From Octopus vulgaris (taxonomy: Eukaryota): DNA of 64,000 bases. The stretch is from the NCBI GenBank assembly GCA_951406725.2, contig OX597814.1, forward strand, positions 116,746,001 through 116,810,000, in the 5' to 3' direction. Shown piece by piece: positions 39,626 through 52,595 of the stretch (its first letter is position 1; every line of letters begins with the position of its first letter). The position numbers and the translations under genes were made by a program. The notes beneath the pieces are model-generated. The model had not been told where the DNA came from. It did not search any database and saw only the letters and a program-made list of their open reading frames with translations.

Positions 39626-40593
39626 CAAGCTAGTTAATTTCATTTTATTTGCCATAAATACAGTATACAGAGTAGCTGCGGGCTGGATAAAACACATTAA
39701 TGAATGAAAACGAATTAAAAAGAATAAATGAGAGACGAAACCCAACACCCGCTGATTGGATTTTCCTCGAAAACATATTTTCCTTTTTTAAAAAATTCAA
39801 TGACACTTCAAACCTCTTACAAGAAGGATGCACTAAAACCGCTTACTTAACATGTTTTTTTAATTAAAAAAACACTCAATTGAGGTTATAAACCACTACA
39901 TATAATACAATAAGATGAGGTTTCAAACCATCTAACGAGGCTTTTTCACCTCCTACACATCGATACATCCATCAATATACCCATCATTATCATCCCGCCA
40001 TTTCCCTCGCTTGACTCATGTACGACATGTAAGTCATGTAAGGGCCACCCGGCCATATGCGACATTCCGCTTCAAATTTTTTAAGCTTTTTCCCACACGG
40101 GATACCTTATGACATCCATAGCGATCTGTGGAGGCCATTCGGGATCCCGTGTGAAGGCCATATCTACTGTCTCTTTATGTTCTTCTACTATTTTCCCCAC
40201 CTTCCTACCCTTGTAGAAAAAGATAATTAATTCATCATATTTAAGGGTGGGCGTCGTTTTTTCCACCGTCGATGGCACAACTTCGGGACATGCAGACGGC
40301 ACATCATCTTCCACCTGCAATGAACCGTTCTTCATTCTATTTTTTTCTTTTCTTCCTGACTTCGGGAGAGTGGAGCTCTTCCGCTTTGTCCGGAGTCTCT
40401 CCCCCACCTATTACTTTTTAATCCTGTTTTAGGTTGAGTATATATATATGACAATAAATGAATTAATACTAAAAAAATGTTCGCATGCACATGTACACTC
40501 GGACGCACAAACTATCTCTTTCGCTTTCAGCTATGTGCATAGATATATATGTATATGAATATATGCATGTATATACAAACACATATACATATT

Positions 40594-40627
<34 letters not shown>

Positions 40628-40630
40628 TTC

Positions 40631-40668
<38 letters not shown>

Positions 40669-40706
40669 GTCTGCGTGTGTGTGTGTGTCTCTCTCTCTCA
40701 GTATAT

Positions 40707-40753
<47 letters not shown>

Positions 40754-40769
40754 CATGCACATATATATA

Positions 40770-41207
40770 CTAGACTGCCCGTGACCCGTTAGACTACCTG
40801 GGAAGTCTGAGTCCCCCAGCAACGGTGTTTTGTTTTATGAGATTTTTTCCCTTCCAGGTTATTTTACATGCTTTGAACGAATGCGACATCGAAATCACAC
40901 GTAAACGGCTCCTTTCCCAGGAAAACGAAAGATTTGGCTGCTATTTCTTTCACACCCTGCTACCACGTAACAGGTATTTCGGGTCGTTTATCGCAAACAG
41001 CTGTTACGTGAGAGCAGGGCATACAAGAAATAGCAGCGAAATCTTTGGAACTGAGATGCGTTGAATGCACACGAAAAAATATTTGTTATGATATTCCCTT
41101 CGGGTGATCTTTGGCTTTGACTCTCAGAACTGTCATTCGGATCAGCTGGTTTTGTTCGTTAATTTCCGTAATGTTTTATTTATATAATTTTATTTTAAAG
41201 TGATAGA
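40770..41207 (-). mobile_element. Probable non-autonomous Helitron
   Basis: Minus strand ends ACGGGCAGT-CTAG|T at 40770 with a degenerate hairpin at 40785-40802. Candidate A|TC start at 41207. Confidence 0.45.
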
Positions 41208-41519
41208 TAGAACGTCTATATGAAATGGACGTATTTGTGTATGTGTGTCTGAGAGAGAGAAAGAAAGAGCCACTCACACGTACATAAGAATACACACACG
41301 TCCACTCATTCACATTCTCTCTATCTCTCACTCTCTATCTCTCTCAGAGACACACGTACATATAAATAAGTTGTACGCATAAGTATTGATGTACGCACGT
41401 ATACGTGACAACACACTCGTTCTCTCTTTCTCTCTCTATGTCTCTCTCTCTTCCTCATTCTTACTCTCCCCCTCTCTCTCTCTTTCACACACCATTTCAT
41501 ATACACAGTAAGCGATATT

Positions 41520-41570
41520 GTTTCATATCAGCACTGATTTCAGATTTAATCAATCTTCATCAGTCACCCA
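41520..41570 (-). ncRNA. Hammerhead-like motif lacking stem I pairing
   Basis: Minus strand CTGATGA-AGATT-GATTA-AATCT-GAAA-TCAG-TG-CTGA-TA: intact core, perfect 5-bp stems II and III. Confidence 0.45.
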
Positions 41571-42370
41571 TTACTCCGTCGTCGAACGTTAAAGAACCTA
41601 ATATGACCATCCCAGTCTGACAGAGAAGACCATAGCTCTCACCGTGCACGTAGCTACGTGCTGCAATCTGTTGGTGCGCTGCAGAAGTAGTCCGGCGACT
41701 TTTAGATTATTACAACCTATTATACATACAGACAGACACACAAACACACACATTCATGCAGACGCGTCACACACAAAGACTCACTCACGCACACGCACAC
41801 ACACATAGGTAATTTGCATTTTCGTTATTGGTAGGTTTAAAAAATGTATTTTACCTTTGAGAAATAAATAACATCTAATATACAGAGCATTTCAATTTGA
41901 GCTCCATGTAACATAAAAAAATACTGGTGGTTGGGCTATCTCTTTTAAAAGTTACATACGTGTAAGCCAATGTAAACCTTTCTTTTCGATTTCCCTATCT
42001 TGTAGCACTGCTGTGACTTCGGCTTTATAAGCCACTGAGCTGATCATGCATCCCTGTTTGTGAGGGCAAACATCTGAATCTCAACAGTTACAACTATAAC
42101 GAGACGACTGTGGGTCAGAAGAAGCATAACATATTTTATGAATTTAGCAACGCCTACCAAACTATTTGCTTCTTGGTAGGGATATATTTTCTGAATATTG
42201 TTTGCAGCAATAAGAAAAATACTCCGAAATCGGAATTCTTACTGCTCAGATAACATCTGAATCTATTCCACATAGTGGAGTTTACTAAATAGTCCAATGG
42301 TAACATGATACTAAGATGGACGGGGATTAGCCCCACGTTCCAGTGACAATTTTATTAGTATAATTTTGTG

Positions 42371-42840
42371 ATTAACTCCTCTCTACACAATGTAAAAAGG
42401 GTGATGGTGCAAAGAAACACACGACGAATCGCCAAACTTAAACTTGGAACTATATAATAATACTACTGGATAGTACTGGGCAATTCTGTAATCTACCACG
42501 TTCCTAACGGAATATACCATAAGTATATATATAATTGTATTATATATATATATACAAACATACATATATCTATATCTATCTATCCATGTATGTATGTATA
42601 TATATATATATATATGTTTATATATATATATATATAATTATATCACATATACATATAATTATATATATATACTTATGGTATATTCCATTAGGAACGTGGT
42701 AGAGTACAGTATAAAACTTGTCCACCTTCAGAATTGCCCAGTACTATCCAGTAGTATTATTATATAGTTCCAAGTTTAAGTTTGGCGATTCATCGTGTGT
42801 TTCTTTGCACCATAACCCTTTTACATTGTGTAGAGAGGAG

Positions 42841-42844
<4 letters not shown>
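42371..42844. repeat. Inverted repeat (~165-190-bp arms) around a TA-rich microsatellite spacer
   Basis: TTAACTCCTCTCTACACAATGTAAAA... at 42372 mirrors ...TTTTACATTGTGTAGAGAGGAGTTAA ending at 42844. The left arm lacks ~22 nt. Confidence 0.85.
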
Positions 42845-42891
<47 letters not shown>

Positions 42892-43013
42892 CAATTTAGG
42901 AGTGACCCTAACAGGTCATTCGTCCACCAGAAAGAGCAGCCATAACTCACACCGCCAAGTAGTAGTAATTCAGAAATTAGGTGAAAATTTAAAAACATTT
43001 ACCCTAATTCATC

Positions 43014-43111
43014 TTTTAGACGATGCATCGTTTCTGTGTCATTAATGATTAAATTAGCTTAATTAAATTAAATTAAGCTAATCTACCATAGGTTACACTT
43101 CATCAGTAAAA
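43014..43111 (-). ncRNA. Type I hammerhead ribozyme, copy 1
   Basis: TTTTA-CTGATGA-A-GTGT...ACAC-A-GAAAC-GATGCATC-GTC-TAAAA on the minus strand. Confidence 0.85.
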
Positions 43112-43479
43112 AACCTGGGAGAGACAAATATACACGAGGCGTCTGTATCGATGCCTACGGAATATCTGTCTTAAAATTTTCAAGACTGACGTATTCGCGC
43201 CAGACTTATCAGCAGTAAATATAAACTGCCGATTCAATCTCAGAATTATTCAGAAAATTATCAATTAGTCAATTTAGGGTAGCAAAAAATTCAATAGAAA
43301 TTATCGCTACCAGCGCCTAGTGGAAAAGAGAAAATAGTCAACGACTAAATATATAAATATAACAATTTAGAGTGACCTAACATCATTCGTCCACCAGAAA
43401 GAGCAGCCATAACTCACACCGCCAAGTAGTAGTAATTCAGAAATTAGGTGAAAATTTAAAACATTTACCCTAATTCATC

Positions 43480-43577
43480 TTTTAGACGATGCATCGTTTC
43501 TGTGTCATTAATGATTAAATTAGCTTAATTAAATTAAATTAAGCTAATCTACCATAGGTTACACTTCATCAGTAAAA
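43480..43577 (-). ncRNA. Type I hammerhead ribozyme, copy 2
   Basis: Identical motif, 466 nt from copy 1. Confidence 0.85.
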
Positions 43578-44002
43578 AACCTGGGAGAGACAAATATACA
43601 CGAGGCGTCTGTATCGATGCCTACGGAATATCTGTCTTAAAATTTTCAAGACTGACGTATTCGCGCCAGACTTATCAGCAGTAAATATAAACTGCCGATT
43701 CAATCTCAGAATTATTCAGAAAATTATCAATTAGTCAATTTAGGGTAGCAAAAAATTCAATAGAAATTTATCGCTACCAGCGGCCTCTTTTCCACTAGGC
43801 CGCTGGTAGCGATAAATTTCTATTGAATTTTTTTGCTACCCTAAATTGACTAATTGATAATTTTCTGAATAATTCTGAGATTGAATCGGCAGTTTATATT
43901 TACTGCTGATAAGTCTGGCGCGAATACGTCAGTCTTGAAAATTTTAAGACAGATATTCCGTAGGCATCGATACAGCGCCTCGTGTATATTTGTCTCTCCA
44001 GG

Positions 44003-44100
44003 TTTTACTGATGAAGTGTAACCTATGGTAGATTAGCTTAATTTAATTTAATTAAGCTAATTTAATCATTAATGACACAGAAACGATGCATCGTCTAAAA
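44003..44100 (+). ncRNA. Type I hammerhead ribozyme, copy 3
   Basis: Stem I TTTTA 44003-44007 / TAAAA 44096-44100, CTGATGA 44008-44014, GAAAC 44080-44084, palindromic stem III, GTC 44093-44095. Confidence 0.85.
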
Positions 44101-44340
44101 GATGAATTAGGGTAAATGTTTTTAAATTTTCACCTAATTTCTGAATTACTACTACTTGGCGTGTATATGGCTGCTCTTCTGGTGGACGAATGACCTGTTA
44201 GGTCACTCCTAAATTGTTATATTTATATATTTAGTCGTTGACTATTTTCTCTTTCCACTAGGCCGCTGGTAGCGATAAATTTCTATTGAATTTTTTGCTA
44301 CCCTAAATTGACTAATTGATATATATATATATATATATAT

Positions 44341-44426
44341 ACGCATATTTGCCATTTGAATATGGCTAACCCCTAAGGTAGCATCCACCATTAGGGGTTA
44401 GCCATATTCAAATGGCAAATATGCGT
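44341..44426. repeat. Perfect 36-bp hairpin with a 14-nt loop
   Basis: 44341-44376 is the exact reverse complement of 44391-44426. Confidence 0.9.
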
Positions 44427-44469
44427 CACGATGTGTTACCGCTACTGTTTATAACTCGCTCTGAGATTT

Positions 44470-44515
<46 letters not shown>

Positions 44516-44516
<1 letters not shown>

Positions 44517-44657
44517 TCCGGGCTTCTTACTGATTCCGTCTACCATATCCACTCATGAGGCTTTGGTCGGCCCAAGGCTATAATAGAAAACAGTCGCTCA
44601 AGGTGCCACGCAGTGAGACCAAACCCAGAACCATATGGTTGGGAGGCAAACGTGTTA
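44516..44657 (-). mobile_element. SINE-B 5' half, ending at its internal (TA)n
   Basis: CCGTCTACCATATCCACTCATGAGGCTTTGGTCGGCCC...AAGGTGCCACGCAGTG. Confidence 0.75.
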
Positions 44658-45952
44658 CAAGACTTTCACGTCTGAAGAAATCGAAGACAAAATTTAATTT
44701 TATCGAGATTCAGAGAAAACGACGCTGCCCTCCCTCAAATTTTATAATATGCTCTCTTGTAAGTAAACAGCAAAAGTAGTTTAGCGTTGGTGACAGTTCT
44801 GGATGTTTAAATTCCTAGCAGAAATAATACTCAGCCGATGCAAACGTTATTACAATGAGCCTTCTATACTTCATTTCAATTATCTCTCATTATTTTTTTT
44901 CTAACTTTTCAATTAGAAAATATGCTTCACTTGAATATGTTGAAAATCATTTTCCCTTCTTAATATGCAAGTGTTCATGCGCTCTTCTTTAAACATCAAA
45001 GAAAGCGTAAGTGTTTCTAAACGTGATTCTTTGCGACTAACAGAACAAATTACGAAAACACTAATGTATTATCACTTCAAATTACAATCAGAATGAATGT
45101 TAAGTAACTCATCGATATTAATCAAAGCATTAACACTCCACAAAACGCTAAAGAACTGCGATGTGTTTTACGTTTATTTTATATTTTCGGTGTCTTCTCG
45201 TTAATTTTTACCATCCAAAAGAAATGATTGAGCTAGAAAAGATAAAGAACACTTGGGAATCGTTTTATTCTTGAGAATGTTAGCATTTCCTCATTATTGT
45301 CGCTAAAGTTATGTTTTCCCTTACTAAATAATCAACACAGGAATCTACAAAGGAGGAGCAATGATGCATAAAAGCAACAAATTAGAAAAGACCAAGTCTC
45401 TCATTAATTAGATCGGCATTAGTTCCTGAGGTAGGAAAATCAATATTTATTCAGGAAACTAGATGAAACGAGGAACGAAGACTAGAAATCGCGAGAATAA
45501 TTAAGAAAATAGAAGGAAAATTAGCGACAACAACAATAACTATTACTCGTGCAGCTCCTTGATTATAGTTAGTTTTAAGCAAATGACGTAATTCGCAATT
45601 ACTCTAATGAATGTCAATGTTCCCTGTCTTATATTTATAAAATCGTGTGGAAACGATTTAACATCATCAGAGATGCATACACTCAATATGTATCGTATGT
45701 GTGTGACAGTATGTGTAGAAAAGATATAAGAGTGTCTGATGGTCCAAGGATTTCATGTCAAAGTACTCAACCGGTGTTAAGAGTTCATGCGTAACTATAA
45801 AACGAGCCGATCAGAAACACCCATGTAGAATATTAATCAAATCTCTCTGTGGATATTTGTATGTTTAGATATTGAGAAAATGAGTATCCGATACATGATG
45901 TATACGGGGTATATGTTACGTAATGCGCTATATATATATATATATATATATA

Positions 45953-46457
45953 CACAACTTATAAACAAGGGCTAAAGAAAATTATTTCTATGCCAATATG
46001 CTGATAAAAGACTTTTAAATCGTCAATTTCCACATATTATTTACTCGCTACAGAAAACACGTACGGACTGGTAACCACTATAAGCTGTAGTGGAGAGCAG
46101 TTCACACGTGTACTGAGGCTAACCAGTGTTTTATATTTAGATATATCTGGGGTACCTATATGTACTAATGATTTTTACTTCGGCTTTTTTCCATGGGCGC
46201 ATGTAAGTATTTCATTTATATCTTTTCGTATTTTCTACTAAAGAGCAAAAAAGCTATTATGAGATTAATCCCGAAATTGATTCAACATAGAAATAACGAA
46301 CTTTAAAAAAAATATTTGGTTGGCAAGCTTTCCTCGATTTCAGCTCTACGTGTTTTCTGTAGCGAGTAAATAATATATGGAAATTGGCGATTTAAAAGTC
46401 TATTATCAGCATATTGGCATAGAAATAATTTTCTTTAGCCTTTATTTAGAAGTTGTT
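45953..46457. mobile_element. TA-flanked MITE with ~110-bp terminal inverted repeats (Tc1/mariner-type target)
   Basis: 45953-46063 mirrors 46347-46457, TA on both sides, no ORF. Confidence 0.7.
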
Positions 46458-47485
46458 TATAATTTTAACGTTAAACGTACATTAATATGCTGCCACATTT
46501 TTTGATGAAATTTTTTTCTGTAAAAAAAAATCATCCTATATTAGTAGTATATATATATATATATATATAATGAACGCGCACATCAAATATGTAGTAAGTC
46601 ATATAATATTGATTACGATCTGGCATTCTTTTGCGAGCCATTACTTTCCAGATTTATATTCTTTCGACATTTGAAAAGCGTGATGCACTCTACCTTGGAA
46701 GGCTCTCTCGTAGGATGAGTTGAGTCACGTACCTTAAACTAGTAAACAATGGTTTTTGATTTTTGTACAAAGTCAACATTTCGAGGTGAGAGGTGTCGTC
46801 GATAATATTAAGCCTGGTGCATGATTTTTGCTTTAATTCATAGACCCTCAAGTTATGAAAGACAATGAGATTGAACATAACATAAACATCCGGAAAAAAA
46901 CGAGACATATTACCCGGCTGTCAAACTATTTTTCCGTCTTCAATTACTAAATAATAAAATCATTTGCCCAAAGAAATAACGGAGAGGTCTGGCAGCATTA
47001 TTACGAAGTTAGCATCACAGTCACGTTGTGCAGCGTTCCCTGCAAATGAACAGTACCTAATATAGCTGCCTTATTCTAGGGTGTACACAAAACTCTCCCT
47101 GATTTCACGATGTTATGATATTTAAACTAATTCAAATATAGTGATAAACATGTTATAAGCTGATTCTCTAACAATAGTTATTTTATTTTTTCACGTGATT
47201 AGTATTCCTTGACATGAAAACCACAGGGGTGCAAGTAAATCTAAAAATATACGTGTGTGTGTATACACATAACTACATGCATACACACACATACCTCACA
47301 CACACACATCCAGAAACACATACTCATGTATATATATATACACAAATATTGGACAACATAATGGAAATACCATTATACATTTATCTACTTTATCTATTGG
47401 CAATATGACAAATACGTTCAAAGTGTGGTAATCTGTACATATCTTATCGTATACATTTTATATGTCTTGTACTTCATGATATATA

Positions 47486-47604
<119 letters not shown>

Positions 47605-48974
47605 AATATGGCGAAATGTGAAAACGTCCTCATTTCCAAAGCTCACAAGTTGCTGGAGGAAATATGATCGGAATTGAATTTCAGTCACGAAACCTACTGA
47701 ATTGTTTAGTGTTTTAAGAGATATGCTCTCTAAATTTATGGCATTCGAAAACGAAGGTAAAACCAAGGCGGAAAGTGCAATATATAGTGAAAGACTTCAA
47801 AGTAGCGAAACGTAATCTATCTACAAAAAATACTGAAATACGGCAGCAGACTTCTTGAGAAAGCTAAACCACCACTTTACTAATCCTATGTCAACGAAAT
47901 CTATTTGTCGAGAGTTCCATTAAGCGCTACAATAGCACTTACATGGGGTGTTGAGAATATGCATATTGTTGTGGAACATCATGTCCATTTACGAAGAGTT
48001 AATGCGACTTATCAAAATGATCAATTAGACCCTTCTTTCCTGACAGTATCGTGACTGCTCCTATTTACTTGCTGCGACAATCTGTCAGGACAAGAATGCA
48101 AGAATACGTAAAATATGTGGTGTTCTATTTCCAGCGAGATTTGGCAATTTCAAACTATCAGAGTTGTATAAAGGTCTAACTTGATGAGATTTTGCTAAAC
48201 AAGTGGATTTGACGAAGAGGTTCATTAGAATACACTCTGCGTTCACTGACCCTCGTGCTCTAAGTTAGGGCAACTATATGTAAAAGGTCAGCCTGATTGC
48301 GATGAAAGTTTTAAGCGCGTTTCTGCTCTCTTGTGAGATGTAGTGTCAAGCTTTATATAGTTATAATAGAAGTTCGTTTGCGTTCGATTATTTACACACT
48401 TTTACATTTGGTTATTCACGAATTACACATGCGTATGTCAATAAAATTGCAATCAACTACCCAATTCTTCTGATCAATTTATACTGTCCATAGGTGTAAC
48501 TACTTTCTTGTGACATATTTTAGATTTGTATGGCATTCAACCAACGATACTTGTATTGTAAGCTGTATTTCAAACCATATTATAGCAACAAAATAATTCA
48601 TTATTGAATCATAACTTTAAGAAAATCGCACGCTATAATAGGATTCCATTTCTAATATTCTTCTTTTCTTCCTAGGTATTATTGACGCTACCGAGTCCAA
48701 CCGAGGAGTTTATAGTAAATGGCAGCACAGAGGAATATTAATACAACATTGAATAATTGGTTTCTGCAATGTAATGCGATGATGATGGTAATGCTGCTGC
48801 TGCGGATGGAGATGATGATGATGATGATAATACAAATTGATAACAAAACAACATCAAGAATAAATAACATGAACCTGGCCGTCAAAAAAACTAATTGTCA
48901 CAGAAACAAATGTCAATATGACCAGGATAAATTATGTGATATATGCAGTAGCTTCCGTAGCCACAAAACAAGCT

Positions 48975-50412
48975 GGTGACACCTGAAATCGACTCAAACA
49001 AGAGTATTACCACCCAAACAAATCCTGTGGATAAATAATATCTAGAAACAAAATACAAAATTAAAGAAAGGTTCTGTCAAGCCTTAATGAAACTAGTAGA
49101 CAATCAATACTACTAAACAACAAGAAGAGATGAAAAATACTACGTAAATACAAAATTACAGAACAAGGTATACTTGAGTTGAAAGAACAGCTACAGTAGG
49201 ATATCCTCACCATCGTATAAAGAATTTGCCGGTAGGGGAAACGCCAACGCTTCTTTGAACAAAACAAACAATTCAACTCCCTTCCCCAAATATTTTTCCA
49301 AGAACTTGGTTAAAATAAAATAGAGCAGAAGTGGAAGAATTTTGGAAAATAGTATCGTTGGCGAAGGAACAACCTCAGAAAAGATCTATCAAAATAACAA
49401 ACACAGTACCTGAACAACTCTTAACAACTGAAGAGGTCACCGAGGCACTGCAAAAACTAAACATCTGGAAAGCACCCAGGTACGACAAGATCCCCAAATT
49501 CGGTTTAAAATATCTAACACGTATACATTAAACGCTGGCTGAGAAATTTAATGAAATACTAGCAGAATGCCTGAATGGCTCACAGAAAGGAAAGCTATCC
49601 TAATTCTCAAATCCACTGAAACTGCAAACCCACAAAATCACAGACCAATAACTTTTCTCTCTATAATTTCAAAGATTTTACTGCAATAATATCGCAGATA
49701 ATGGGCAAACATTTGGAAGAAAACGACCTGTTTCCAGAAGAGCGGAAGGGATGCTGCAAGAGCTCATTGGATGTAAAGATCAGATATTGATCAACAAAGT
49801 AATAACTGTAAACCGACATAGGAAAAAGAAGGGTCTAAGTATAGATTGGATCGATGATCGAAAGGCTTTTGATAGCATTCCCAATGCATGGATCCTAGAA
49901 ACACTATCCATGAACAATGTAGCACCCTAATCATAAAATATATAAAATATTCCATGTATAAGTGGCAAACAGTGCTACAGCTCCAGACAAAAGAGTGACT
50001 CATAAAAGTCAAAGCTATCCCCATTAGAAGAGGAATATTCCAGGGAGACACGCTCTCTCCACTTCTTTTCTGCTTCGCACTGACGCCATTATCTGAAATA
50101 CTAAACAGAACTGGACGTAGATACAACTCTTATAGCAAAACAATCAGCCGTCTCTTGGGTATGGATGATTTAAACTGGGTGCTGCAAATCCTAAACAGCT
50201 GGAAACATTACTACAGACAGTATATGGATTTACCAAAGAAACAAACATGAAATTTAGCTTAAAAAAATGTGCCAAAAATAACCTTGAAAAGAGAAACACT
50301 AGTTAAGAGTAACAACATTACACTGGATAAAGCAAAATAAATACGAAAATCAAACCAAACCCAGACACAAATACGAAGTAATCAATGAACTAGATATGAT
50401 ACAACGCACAAG
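48975..50412 (+). mobile_element. Decayed R4/Dong LINE (RT region), same family as 28970
   Basis: VTEALQKLNIWKAP, RGIFQGDTLSPLLFCFALTPLSEILNRTG. 50050-50410 is collinear with 28970-29330. Confidence 0.88.
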
Positions 50413-52302
50413 CACTTTAACCAGTTTACGGCGGTGATTCATTCGTTTGCCTGCGCGCGGCAACGGTAACCTCGCCGACTGAGGTCAGCACATAGTGTGA
50501 GATAACGTTTCGGATATATTTACGTCAAGTGCTTTAGTGCAACTACTGTTTATTTACCTAAAATATATTCCTGTGCAAGACTCTTATGCGGTATTATTCC
50601 TGAATAAGATCACTCGACAGCACAAATCAGATCAATTTCATGTATTTACAATCCTGTGAAAATTGACTTTAGTGTGGTAAATTCAAAGCAGGGTGCCGCA
50701 CGCAGTGGCACATCACATTGCATCTACCTTCCTCGTGTTTCCCGTTTACTTTACATACTGTGCATCTCTTTGAAGCATTTGTCTTCTTGGCGGTGGAGAG
50801 AAACAGTCGAGGAAAATGGCCCCATTCCTTTATCATGCGGTGAGGAGAGAGTCCGGCGCAGAGAAGTCCACACTTTCTGTACTTTGACAGATCTGATGCT
50901 TCTATCATTTCATGGGACAATAGCTTCCTGAATGTCAATCCATTCCCCACACCCCCAAGCATCTACCAAATCCAATGTGAGTTCTCGACACATGCCAACT
51001 ATATAGAAATATATTTTTGCACCGTTTCACAAATTTTCTCACCGATTTGTGTCATCGCCAGCTGGTCTGAGCGATCGACACCGCCCATTCTTTAATTGTA
51101 TGAAATAATTACACTCGGTTTCATTATGGCATCACCGTCCGCACCTTGTTTCCTCCTGTCCCCTATGCTTGCAAAATACGTTATGGATAATATGCAGACG
51201 TTTTTCATGTCATGCCACACTAGAGTGAGAATACCACTATCGGTTCATCGATACGCTGTTCCCGATTTTCAATGTATTATTTTGTGAAGATCGGGCGGCA
51301 TGCTTAGTTTCTCCTCTGTGTGTTTACAGTCCCACAGGTATTAGTCCTCCTCGCGTGCAGCTGTTGGAAGATAAATGTCTGGACTGGAAAACCAGCTGTC
51401 CATATAAATATTTTAGCATTTGTAAAACAAGTTTTCATTCAGCGACAACACACATGAGTTGACGCAAGAGTAGATGCTAGAAGATCTAATCTGTCTTCAC
51501 CACTATAGATTTTGTAATTCCACGTGTACCCACGTGCTCTGTAAGTTGACTGGCACACTTTATAAAGCTAGACTCCAAAGCAGGCACGTTTGGTCGCGTT
51601 GTATTGTTTCAATCGAAGCCCTCCCTTAAATTCCCATAAACGCCCTCCGTACAAATGTTCTGTGTGGGGACATAAACCATTCTGAAATGTTCAGTGATTT
51701 CGTCAACGAGAGGGCATATTTTGTGCAGCCTGTAATACTGGTTCTCGCCTCAGTTGAAATGTAGATTTCAAAGAAACATTGAAATAAATCAATTGGCACC
51801 GTTTCCAGAATGAAAAGTTTTGAAGTGGCTGGATCCAGATTCCTATATGATGCTAGGGTCGGTTTCGTCACGATGCTTATCAGTATCAGCAGGGCGAGCA
51901 GAACTTTGAGTTCATCCCCTGTCGTTAGAAACCAATCACCTCCATGCCAGGGTCTCACATGGTGGGGATGGTTTTCAGCATTTTTTTGTCCGCTATATAT
52001 TGAAACATTTCCTCTATCAAAAGCTCGAGGTATTTTTCCGATGGCAAACTTCCATATTAATGATTTTCCTTTATGCCAAGCGTACCAACAAACCATACCG
52101 TTCTACAAAGTTGTCGCTCGCTCACCACACGACATTCTGTTATTCATGGCCATCCACTGCTACCCGCCTGTACCGTTGATTCAACGGAATATCATCATCG
52201 CAGTCGGAATCATCTGATTCTGAACTAGGAAAATACTCACTCCGACGTATCGTCCAAACCGGAAGAAACAACTGGTGAGGTAGTGGAGCTTGGTGTAACT
52301 AC

Positions 52303-52518
52303 CAGGACGCGACGACGAAGTTGAAAGGGCCGGAGTGACGGGACGAGACGACGATGGTGATGGAACCGGAATGGCAGGACGCGACGACGATGGTAATGGA
52401 ACCGTAATGGCAGGACGCGACGATGATGGTAATTGAACCGTAGTGGCAGGACGCGACGTCGATGTTGATGGAATCGGAGTAGCAGGACGCGACGACGATG
52501 GTAATTGAATCTGAGTAG
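52303..52518. repeat. 36-bp minisatellite, six copies
   Basis: CAGGACGCGACG-like unit recurs at 52303, 52339, 52375, 52411, 52447 and 52483. Confidence 0.9.
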
Positions 52519-52595
52519 TAGAACGTGGGAAAGCATGAGTGGCATGACGTGATGATGAATGCAACGAAGTCGGTGTGGTGGTACACGAGTGTAAA

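Larger units (their letters stand above)
42890..44320. mobile_element. Tandem plus inverted array of a ~470-bp hammerhead-bearing non-coding unit (retrozyme/Penelope pLTR-like)
   Basis: Two direct copies (42891, 43362), then an inverted ~1.15 copies (43785-44320). Near-identical, (TA)n on both flanks, no ORF. Confidence 0.88.

Noticed and set aside
40081-40407. 108-aa minus-strand ORF
   Set aside because: No recognisable domain; possibly a LINE ORF1 fragment but unsupported.
44391-44400. Telomere-like TTAGGG
   Set aside because: Single TTAGGGG within the hairpin arm, not an array.
52303-52518. CRISPR-like 36-bp periodicity
   Set aside because: Contiguous tandem units without unique spacers, eukaryotic context, no cas genes.
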